The notes under the pieces were generated by a model, which saw only the letters and a program-made list of their open reading frames with translations, had not been told where the DNA came from and did not search any database. DNA of 64,000 nt. Origin: an uncultured Nitrososphaerota archaeon (GTDB taxonomy: Archaea > Thermoproteota > Nitrososphaeria > Nitrososphaerales > Gagatemarchaeaceae). Positions 9,901 through 16,739 of the stretch are shown piece after piece. The stretch spans positions 224,001 to 288,000 of the forward strand of contig CAWISW010000002.1 in NCBI GenBank assembly GCA_963838925.1, in the 5' to 3' direction. How positions within the stretch are numbered: the stretch's first letter is position 1; the number at the start of each line of letters is the position of its first letter. The position numbers were made by a program, and so were the translations under genes.

Positions 9901-10304
9901 CTCGAGAGGGCCGCGGGAACGCCGAGGGGGTCTTCTTCGGCCTAGAGGCGGTCGCGCATGCCCTTTCGCTCGCTGCCAGGCTTCCGTCAGCCGCGCAGCT
10001 TAACGGCGCTCTCGCACCGATGCCCTCGAGGACCAGGGCGCCTGCCAAGGGCACGGCCCCAGCAAGGCAGGCAGCGAGGGAGGGCTCCTCGGAGGTCGGT
10101 TTCACGGCAGAGCCGTCCCGCCAGTCCGCCGAGGGCTGGAGGTCTGTCCCCGAAGAGTCAATCTCAAGGATGCTCGGAGAGCCGTCAGGCCGGCCAACGC
10201 CCCCCGCCCAAGACGCCGCTGTGGAACCTGACGACCGCGAGCTCCGGAGGAAGATCGAGAGGATCATCGACGAGGACCTTAGGAGGTACGGGTACCAGCC
10301 ATGA
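6930..10304 (+). CDS. Long Ala/Ser/Pro/Gly-rich protein in the tape-measure gene position
   Basis: 1124 aa, low complexity, helical C-terminal ELRRKIERIIDEDLRRYG; follows the chaperone pair. Confidence 0.55.
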   Translation: MAKRSESELDRLRKTVASYVKGLIVLGLAAQTLSSSGGSYLAVSRLIGAGIALASRLQRGIVVRVVGAPLVRRRPRRRSRAEASEEYPEPSGSAAEGATARDQASTGWEEVVPPSLALAEIDSQPFSLARALPSIVAAQQSTFRALSSVNAAVSRAVGGAGFASSPSRAPPSLTALEQGQRPSPEAFPENQATSFAGGMPALAAGVAFRAAASSMAFNLSSAAHEMTNIALGSQAVGANFASQQPRAAKEGTGFLPASPAAPSPSLAQQSITGNVDTTFKGAQPSGANLGLVSSAGGASPPTTQAPAAPSAALPLTRESSGAPGLSAEVGGPAAGSQSGGVTAGTSSSGSGVELNAGPYTVPNGFNSVLASPPVAAASRLSMQVRSLAASASSGQLPIRASQEPSHSGSPTQALSVVPEQYPSTYPVGAAYSVSSLVASLGLGQTGRPEAPASAQEEAAARLTPEEAPGAEDATRTSRGAFVGEPLEARGAGIGGGPSSPEETALGGPQVYAEEGGAVASSSDARISNAQPVASRGEFASFAPVFGKRWLQSIAEAASIGGAMLGMLTGSAALPWDGTWIQKVGAEARPTLPSRSVSGQAIAPPSSAVGGGRILGRGAIVPEAQAAPEARATQLSSTVSGQPIAPSSSGVDGSRASGRRELIPEVEAAPAGTATSPSATPASTEVPRGTEWRDLAKREEDISPTSGRNVPARPQEPESSQAPHRQAGISTWEAATLLPGILTPSLSAALSAQAPPSPSASLDLNSRPAVSISTSGLGLEGETAPRQSFDALRLAASLRSALLGVSASLMGARTTLPAESAMKPTLRPQLAQYLEATAGRGPGTFVSTGASGVSRRVDSFELSRAQRAREAFQGPTEVASFATTNLAALQAAFVSRGLIPGGAVGRAGSAPSLTIEAAGGEGQKATPGTLAPASRSPLARRALGQSSAAPELSSRELEERAHATNAGRDHSASRGVSPTSERDLEAVLASLSREGRGNAEGVFFGLEAVAHALSLAARLPSAAQLNGALAPMPSRTRAPAKGTAPARQAAREGSSEVGFTAEPSRQSAEGWRSVPEESISRMLGEPSGRPTPPAQDAAVEPDDRELRRKIERIIDEDLRRYGYQP

Positions 10305-12481
10305 GCATCACCCTCGACGACATGGAGCTGGTGGCTCGCGACGAGGGCGACCCCGGGACCGTCAACGAGTTCAGGACCGTGAACCGGATATTCCTCAAGG
10401 GCAAGAGGCGCCTCGTCGAGACGAGGACGGCCGGCGCCGAAGGCAGCATCTTCGAGGACACGGGGAGAAGGGCCGCCGTCGTCGCCATCGAGGGCGAGAT
10501 GGTCGGGAAGACCGCGAGGACCAGCCTCGCCTCGCTGAAGACCAAGTACGACTCCAGCGAGCCCGTCTCGTTCTCCTCCGACATCTCTACCCTGGCGAAC
10601 ATCAGCCAGGTGGTCGTCGAGCGGCTCAGCATCCGCCAGCTGGCGGGGAAGGTCGACCACTACGAGTTCGCCATGACCCTCAAGGAGTACGTCTCCTCCG
10701 AAGCCCAGGACTCTTCGCCGCTTTCCCAGCTTGGCGATGCCTCCGCCGCGGTGGACGCGGTCGCCGCCGGTGAGCTCACCTCCGCGCTCGCCGACAGCGT
10801 CGACTCCAGCTTCGCCAGCGTCGAGGCGCTGAAGAACGCCGCCGAGCTTGACGTGCCCTCCCTCCTGAGCGACGCCAAGGGGCTGCTCGACGACGTGAAG
10901 GGCGCGGCCGCGGCCGAGATGGACGCCGCCGTGGAGGCAGCAGAGGAGAGCGCGAAGGAGGCGGAGGAAGCCGCCGAGCAGGCCTTCGACGAGGTGGTCA
11001 AGGTGGCGGAGGACTCCACCGAGGAGGTCCAGCAGGAGCTGGAGGCGACCGTCGAGAAGAGCAGGACCCTCCTGCAGGGGGTAATCGACGCCCTCCAGAG
11101 CGCCATAGACAAGGTGAACGAGGTCACCGACCGCATAGAGACGGATGTCCTCGAGAAGGCCCAGCAGTACGTCAAGGAGGCAGAGGACAAGCTCACAGGC
11201 CAGATCCGAGACACCGTCAACGAGGCGAGCAGCAAGCTCCAGGAGCTCATGGACGCGGGGAAGGAGCAGACCGACAAGGTCTTCGCTCTCATCCAAGATG
11301 TCATCGACAAGCTAGCCGCCGCGAAGGCTCAGATCGAGGCAAAGCTCGACTCGGCTAGCGAGAGCGCGGACGACCTCCTTGACAAAGCCACCGAGATGAA
11401 GTCGAGCCTCGAGCAGACCTTGGACGACGTCTTCCAAAAGGCCGCAGACGCGCTCGAGAAGGTCCGGGGGATCTCAGACCAGATGGCGGGCGCGGGAGAG
11501 GCCATCCAGGGGATCATCGACAAGTGCACGCAGTTCAAGCTTGACAAGGCCGCGGGCGCTGCGAAGAGCGCCAAGGACCTCCTCGAGAAGGCCGCGTCGA
11601 CCGCCGCCGAGGCGGTCTCGACGGTCACCGGGGCGCTCACTGACGCCAAGGGCCAGTACGAGGACATCAAGAGCACCCTCGACGGCGCCCTCGACGACCT
11701 CCGCGACGCCAAGGCGAAGGGCATCGAAGCGGTCAAGGGCGCGCTCGACAAGGTACAGAGCAAGGTGCTCGAGGTCCAGGCCACCGCGCAGAAGTTCGTG
11801 GACGACCTGTTCCAGAAGGCCAACGACCTTGTAACCGGGATCCAGCAGACGGTTCTGGCGACGCTCGACCAGCTCGTGGCCGACATCGACAAGATAGTCG
11901 AGACCGTGAAGGAGGGGATCCAGCAGGTACTCGAGGTCGCGCGGAAGACCGCCGTGGACGTGCTCACGCAGGCCCAAGACGCAGTGAGGGGGATCGAGGC
12001 GACCATCGAGAGCATCGGCCCCAAGCTCCAGGCCGAGAAGGACAAGGTAATCGCGCTGGTCACCGGGGCGAAGGAGCAGCTGGAGAAGGCGAAGGACGCC
12101 GTCACGACAGCCCTATCGAAGGTCAAAGAGGCCAAGGACAACGTGAGCGTCGGAGCGATAACCGACGCGATAAGCGCCATCAAGGACGCGGTGAAGGTTG
12201 TCAAGGACGCCGCCCAGTGGGCCACCCAGGCCGCGAAGGACGCTCAGGGCATACTCACGGCCGCCCTGGCGATTGCCGACGAGGTCAAGAAAGCGGCGAT
12301 GGACATGGCCGCGGCCTTCGAGAAGGCAGCCCAGGCCGTGAAGAGCGCAGCCGAGCAGGTCGCGGAGATTGCCGAGACGACCGCATCGTCCGTGGCGGAC
12401 CAGGCGAAGGGCGCCGCGGGAGACCTCGGCCAGGGCGTCGACAGCGTCACCGCAAAGGGGAAGGGAGCCCTTGGGAGTTAA
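10301..12481 (+). CDS. Mu gp43/DNA-circularisation-N-like (tube initiator) domain fused to long amphipathic helical repeat
   Basis: First ~130 aa (RRLVETRTAGAEGSIFEDTGR...IEGE...TLKEY) then ~590 aa of roughly 11-residue Ala/Asp/Lys helical repeats. Confidence 0.65.
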   Translation: MSITLDDMELVARDEGDPGTVNEFRTVNRIFLKGKRRLVETRTAGAEGSIFEDTGRRAAVVAIEGEMVGKTARTSLASLKTKYDSSEPVSFSSDISTLANISQVVVERLSIRQLAGKVDHYEFAMTLKEYVSSEAQDSSPLSQLGDASAAVDAVAAGELTSALADSVDSSFASVEALKNAAELDVPSLLSDAKGLLDDVKGAAAAEMDAAVEAAEESAKEAEEAAEQAFDEVVKVAEDSTEEVQQELEATVEKSRTLLQGVIDALQSAIDKVNEVTDRIETDVLEKAQQYVKEAEDKLTGQIRDTVNEASSKLQELMDAGKEQTDKVFALIQDVIDKLAAAKAQIEAKLDSASESADDLLDKATEMKSSLEQTLDDVFQKAADALEKVRGISDQMAGAGEAIQGIIDKCTQFKLDKAAGAAKSAKDLLEKAASTAAEAVSTVTGALTDAKGQYEDIKSTLDGALDDLRDAKAKGIEAVKGALDKVQSKVLEVQATAQKFVDDLFQKANDLVTGIQQTVLATLDQLVADIDKIVETVKEGIQQVLEVARKTAVDVLTQAQDAVRGIEATIESIGPKLQAEKDKVIALVTGAKEQLEKAKDAVTTALSKVKEAKDNVSVGAITDAISAIKDAVKVVKDAAQWATQAAKDAQGILTAALAIADEVKKAAMDMAAAFEKAAQAVKSAAEQVAEIAETTASSVADQAKGAAGDLGQGVDSVTAKGKGALGS

Positions 12482-13076
12482 GCAGTCCTCGGACTCCGTC
12501 GCCTCCAAGGGGAGCGACGCGAGCAGCAAGGCCGACGACGCCGGTCAGCACGCGCAGAACGCCGACAACCTGCAGAAGCTCCAGCCCCCGGTCGACAAGG
12601 TGAACCAGACCGTCCAGAAGGCAGTCCCTCCCGCGCTCAGCGCCATCCAGACTGCCTTCGCTACCGCGCTCCAGGCGAGGAACCTCGCCCAGGCCGCGAG
12701 GATAACGCAAAGCCCCGCACAGCTCATGGTCGCCCAGGCGATGGTCGGAGGGGCGCTCGCCTCGGCACAGGCGGCCGCGGCGCAGATAGGCCAGTCCAAG
12801 GCCCTGGTGAGCGGGGCCAAGTCCATGATCCAGGGCGCGGCGGCCACGGCCAAGTCCGCGTCGGACCAGGCCAAGTCCAAGGCCAAGGAGGGCTCGGACA
12901 AGGCGAAGGCAGCAGAGGAGGGGGCGAAGGGCCAGGCGGACCAGGCGAGGTCACAGGCGAGCGAGCAGACAGAGGCTGCGAAAGGCAAGGCGCAGGCCGC
13001 GCAATCTCAGGCGACCGAGGGCGCGACGGCCGCGAAATCCCAGGGCGAGGGAGCACTAGATGGAAGTAAAGCTTGA
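12471..13076 (+). CDS. Ala/Gln/Lys-rich helical protein
   Basis: Probable TTG start at 12471 overlapping the previous stop; coding-like region begins there (MGVKQSSDSV). Confidence 0.55.
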   Translation: MGVKQSSDSVASKGSDASSKADDAGQHAQNADNLQKLQPPVDKVNQTVQKAVPPALSAIQTAFATALQARNLAQAARITQSPAQLMVAQAMVGGALASAQAAAAQIGQSKALVSGAKSMIQGAAATAKSASDQAKSKAKEGSDKAKAAEEGAKGQADQARSQASEQTEAAKGKAQAAQSQATEGATAAKSQGEGALDGSKA

Positions 13077-13815
13077 CGACATCGACCTCGTGAAGCGGAC
13101 GCAGTCCTCCGCGACCTCGCCCCTCAGCGAGGTGAGGACGGTCTACGACGTCCACGTCGAGGGGAAGAGGAGCATCGTTGAGCTGAAGGTCCCCGGGTCG
13201 AGCGGGAACGTCCTCCAGGACATGGGCAGGGAGCCCATCACCATCCTCATCAAGGGAGAGGTCTGGGGCCCCGACGCCAAGGCCACGGTAACTTCGCTAA
13301 AGGCCAAGTCGGACACGGGGGACTCGGTCTCCTTCACCTCGGACCTCCTCGCCGCAGCCTCTGTGAGCGAGGTCATCGTCGAAGAACTCCAGGTGGACCA
13401 GATCGCCGGCAACCCGACGAGATATCGCTACCTCATGCTGCTGCGGGAGTTCAAGGAGGGAGGAGAGGCGACCGAGGGCGCGGCGAGCGAGACCGACGAG
13501 ATAGCGGAGCAGGAGGCCCGGGACCAAGCGGCTCAGGACGCGGCCGACGAGGCTGCCAAGGAGGGCGAGATACACGACATCCGGGTCCAGCTCCGGGACC
13601 ACGCGGGAGCCCTCATCCCGGAGGTCGAAGTGACCATCGAGGGGCCCGATGGGACTAACAAGTCGAAGACCGACGAGGAGGGCTACGTGGTCGTGAAGGA
13701 CGCCAAGGAGGGCACCTACGACATCTCGGTCTCTGACGACAGGTTCGGCGACGTCAGGGTGCAGGTCGAGGTGAAGAAGAAGGCGGGCGACCAAGGGGAG
13801 GAGGCCGGGGCATGA
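13060..13815 (+). CDS. Second gp43-like paralog with C-terminal carboxypeptidase-regulatory/transthyretin-like beta domain
   Basis: N-terminus aligns by eye with the 10301 protein (KRSIVELKVPGSSGNVLQDMGREP); C-terminus KTDEEGYVVVKDAKEGTYDISV. Confidence 0.65.
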   Translation: MEVKLDDIDLVKRTQSSATSPLSEVRTVYDVHVEGKRSIVELKVPGSSGNVLQDMGREPITILIKGEVWGPDAKATVTSLKAKSDTGDSVSFTSDLLAAASVSEVIVEELQVDQIAGNPTRYRYLMLLREFKEGGEATEGAASETDEIAEQEARDQAAQDAADEAAKEGEIHDIRVQLRDHAGALIPEVEVTIEGPDGTNKSKTDEEGYVVVKDAKEGTYDISVSDDRFGDVRVQVEVKKKAGDQGEEAGA

Positions 13816-15578
13816 GCGCCACCCAGCTCGCCACCACTAGCGTGGAGGAGCTCGGGAGCGGGGGCATCTTTACGACCGCGGTGACCATAGAGGCGCCCGC
13901 GCCCGGCTTCCTCTGCGTGAAGGTTGTCACCGACAAGCTCCTGAAGGAGCAGAAGGGGCTCACCGTCAAGTTCTATCCGAGCGACACCTCTGGCGCCATC
14001 AGGGGCGACCAGATAGGGGAGGACGCGACGACCGACGAGAAGGGCGTGGCAGGCGTAGACAAGAGGCTCCCGCCCGGGTACTTCGCCTGCGTGGTGGACG
14101 GAATGACGGTAAGGGTCCGCCCCATCGACGTGCAGACCTACGCGGAGGCCTCGGAGAACCCCTACCCGCTGGGGCTGCCCCGAGGGTTCCTCGCCGTCAA
14201 GCTGCTCTTCAGGAACCTCCCCATCCCGAACTTCAAGGTGAGCTTCTTCGAAACGGGCGAGGACGGGGCCAAGAAGGGCGCCGCCCTCGGGAGCGCCCCC
14301 GGCGCCGACAAGGGACTCCCGACCGACAAGAACGGTGAGGTCGCATTGGTGGGCGACGAGTTCAAGCTCGGAAACTATCTCTGCGAGCTCGAGGGCAAGT
14401 GGGTCGCTGCCGTCAGCACCGTAGAAGACACGGCGCGCCCCTACGTGCTCATGCTCCCGCTGGTCAGGCCGCTCATCGCCTACCAGAGCCCCGGGAGGAT
14501 AGAAGGGGAGGTCGAAGTCCCCGAGCTACCAGACGCCTCGAGCGGATGCCTCTCAGTCAAGGTGCTCTTCAGGGACCTTCCCGTCGTCGGGCGCAACGTG
14601 ACCTTCTACGCAGGCGACAAGGACGGCAAGGCGGCGGCCGACCAGCCGAAGGGGGAGGCAATCACCGACAACGAAGGGGTCGCCGCCCTCTCCGACAAGG
14701 CGATTCTGGGGAACTACTTCTGCCAGGTCGAGGGGGTGGCGGGGTTTGCCTCGGTCGGGACCGTCGAGGATCCGAAGCTCCCGTACGTCGTCTCGCTCCC
14801 GCTAGTCCGGCCTTTCATAGCGCACCAGAAGCCCGGCGACATCAAGTCCCTGGAGGTCGTGGAGCGGCCCGACGGCTCTTACGGCTTCCTGTGCGTGCGG
14901 GTGCTCTTCCGAGGCGTCCCCCTGACGGGCGCCAAGGTGAGCTTCTTCCAGTCCGGCCCGGACGGGACTCCCCTGACGCGAGAGGGGTCAGCCGGGGAAG
15001 CTATCACAGACAACCAGGGGGTCGCCGCCCTGGGCTCGAAGGCCGCGCTCGGGAACTACTTCTGCCAGGTCGACGGCCAGCCCGGGTTCGCCTCGATCAG
15101 CACCGTCGAGGACACCAAGGAGCCCTACGCGATTCTTCTGCCGGTGGGGCGGGCGCTCCTCACCGTGAGAGAGCCAGGAAGGATCGAGCCGGTGTCGAGC
15201 CCCGTCGACGAGCGGCCCTCCGAAGCCGGAGCCTACCTCTCGGTCATGGTCCTCTTCAGGAACGTACCCGCGCGGGGCCTCAACGTGCTCTTCTTCGCCG
15301 CGACTCCCAACGGGACAGCGGACCTTGCCCAGCAAAAAGGCGAGGCGGTTACGGACAACCTGGGGATCGCGGCGATGGAGAACCCCGCGAAGCTAGGGAA
15401 CTACTTCTGCCAAGTGGAGGGGCACGCAGGGTACGTCTCGATCAGCACGGTGGAGGACAAGGACCTGCCCTACGTGGTGAACCTGCCCCAAGGGCGACCA
15501 TACCTAGCCCTGGGCAAGCCCGGCGCCATCCCTCAGCTGAAGGAAGTCGAGGAGCGCGACCCGCCCGAGGAAAAGTAG
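13812..15578 (+). CDS. Five-repeat beta-sandwich protein (~115-aa repeats)
   Basis: Recurrent GxLxVxVLFR...TDNxGVAAL...LGNYFCQVEG...STVED..PY motif; repeat 1 is divergent. Confidence 0.75.
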   Translation: MSATQLATTSVEELGSGGIFTTAVTIEAPAPGFLCVKVVTDKLLKEQKGLTVKFYPSDTSGAIRGDQIGEDATTDEKGVAGVDKRLPPGYFACVVDGMTVRVRPIDVQTYAEASENPYPLGLPRGFLAVKLLFRNLPIPNFKVSFFETGEDGAKKGAALGSAPGADKGLPTDKNGEVALVGDEFKLGNYLCELEGKWVAAVSTVEDTARPYVLMLPLVRPLIAYQSPGRIEGEVEVPELPDASSGCLSVKVLFRDLPVVGRNVTFYAGDKDGKAAADQPKGEAITDNEGVAALSDKAILGNYFCQVEGVAGFASVGTVEDPKLPYVVSLPLVRPFIAHQKPGDIKSLEVVERPDGSYGFLCVRVLFRGVPLTGAKVSFFQSGPDGTPLTREGSAGEAITDNQGVAALGSKAALGNYFCQVDGQPGFASISTVEDTKEPYAILLPVGRALLTVREPGRIEPVSSPVDERPSEAGAYLSVMVLFRNVPARGLNVLFFAATPNGTADLAQQKGEAVTDNLGIAAMENPAKLGNYFCQVEGHAGYVSISTVEDKDLPYVVNLPQGRPYLALGKPGAIPQLKEVEERDPPEEK

Positions 15579-15631
15579 CGGCTCTCGCCGAGAGAAGAAT
15601 TATAACCTCAAGAGAGGCGGAACCAAGCGGA

Positions 15632-16666
15632 TTGTCCTCGTCCAAGGCCATGGGAATCCACACTCTCATCAGGTCCAGCGACGTCAAGGACTACTTCAAG
15701 AGCGACGAAGAGTTCGACGACGTCTACGACAAGGCCGAGAACTACAGGGAGAAGATCCGCATCGCGGTCATCGACGAAGGCGTCCACAAGGACGCCGGTC
15801 TCCCGGACGTCCCGAAGGACGGATACCTCTCGGCCCGCTGCGTCAGCCACGTGGTCTCCTCTGGGATCGCCGAGTTCAACGAAAAGTCGATAAGCCACGG
15901 GACTCGCGTAGCCGCGATAGCGGTCTGGGGCAACCCCTGCCTTAACCTCCTGGACTATAGGGTAAGGACTCAGGCCGCGGTAGGTTCGATAGGGGCCCGG
16001 GAGGCGGACAAAGAAGTGCCGCTCGTGAAGACGGCGATGGAGGCGGCCGTCAAGGCCGAGGCATCGGTGATCGTCTCCGCGCTCGCCACCGAGAACAAGA
16101 AGAAGGTCTACAAGGACAACGGCGTCGACAAGCTCATCACCGACAACCCCAACGTCCTCTTCGTGTTCGGCGCTGGGAACAACGGCAGAGACCTCGACTC
16201 GTACGACGTCTGCCCAGCCGGCCTAGGCCCGGCTGACAACATGGTGATTGTGGGTGGCTGCAGCTCTCTCTTCGCGACCTCGGCGGCCCCGGACACCGGA
16301 GGGTCCGACATCCAGTTCGGCTTCGGAGGGAAGACGGTGGACGTTGCGAGCTTCGCCGACAACCTCACCCTCTACGACCCGGGACTCCGCTATTACTACG
16401 CCCAAGCCGCCGGGATGGACGTCGCCAAGATACCGCTCCTACCGGCCACCGACACGGGAGTCTCCTTCGCAATCCCGCAAGTCGCGAACGTCTGCGCCAA
16501 GATGCTCGCGATCAACTCACACTTGCGACCCAAGGACGTGAAGTACCTCATCAGGGAGACCGGCACAGACGCGAGAGGCCCCCTCGCGAGCGCGAACATC
16601 ACCAAAGGGACCATCGCTCCAAAGTCCTGCTACCTCGCGGCGGTCAAGTATGAGCCAGAGTCGTAG
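15632..16666 (+). CDS. S8 subtilisin-like serine protease (candidate CIS cargo)
   Basis: IAVIDEG (Asp), HGTRVA (His), GAGNNG (oxyanion Asn), GVSFAIP (Ser); start TTG 15632 (or ATG 15650) behind TTATAA at 15600-15605; no signal peptide. Confidence 0.85.
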   Translation: MSSSKAMGIHTLIRSSDVKDYFKSDEEFDDVYDKAENYREKIRIAVIDEGVHKDAGLPDVPKDGYLSARCVSHVVSSGIAEFNEKSISHGTRVAAIAVWGNPCLNLLDYRVRTQAAVGSIGAREADKEVPLVKTAMEAAVKAEASVIVSALATENKKKVYKDNGVDKLITDNPNVLFVFGAGNNGRDLDSYDVCPAGLGPADNMVIVGGCSSLFATSAAPDTGGSDIQFGFGGKTVDVASFADNLTLYDPGLRYYYAQAAGMDVAKIPLLPATDTGVSFAIPQVANVCAKMLAINSHLRPKDVKYLIRETGTDARGPLASANITKGTIAPKSCYLAAVKYEPES

Positions 16667-16739
16667 AAGCGGGCGCTGGACGAGGACCGGCGCCTCCGTG
16701 AAAAGAAATAAGAACTCTCAGGGACTCCGGGTGAACTGA

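Noticed and set aside
9833-12225. Long antisense ORFs (487, 298, 216 aa) and similar ones across the window
   Set aside because: Expected stop-poor mirror frames of GC-rich coding sequence; no motifs
12369-12481. Frameshift fusion of the 726-aa and 235-aa helical ORFs
   Set aside because: A TTG start at 12471 after a purine-rich stretch, overlapping the upstream stop, explains it as a coupled separate gene; no slippery site seen
14399-15631. 755-aa ORF suggesting a long N-terminal extension of the S8 protease
   Set aside because: The Arg/Gly/Pro-rich part is a high-GC shadow frame of the repeat gene; a TATA box and TTG/ATG starts lie at 15600-15652
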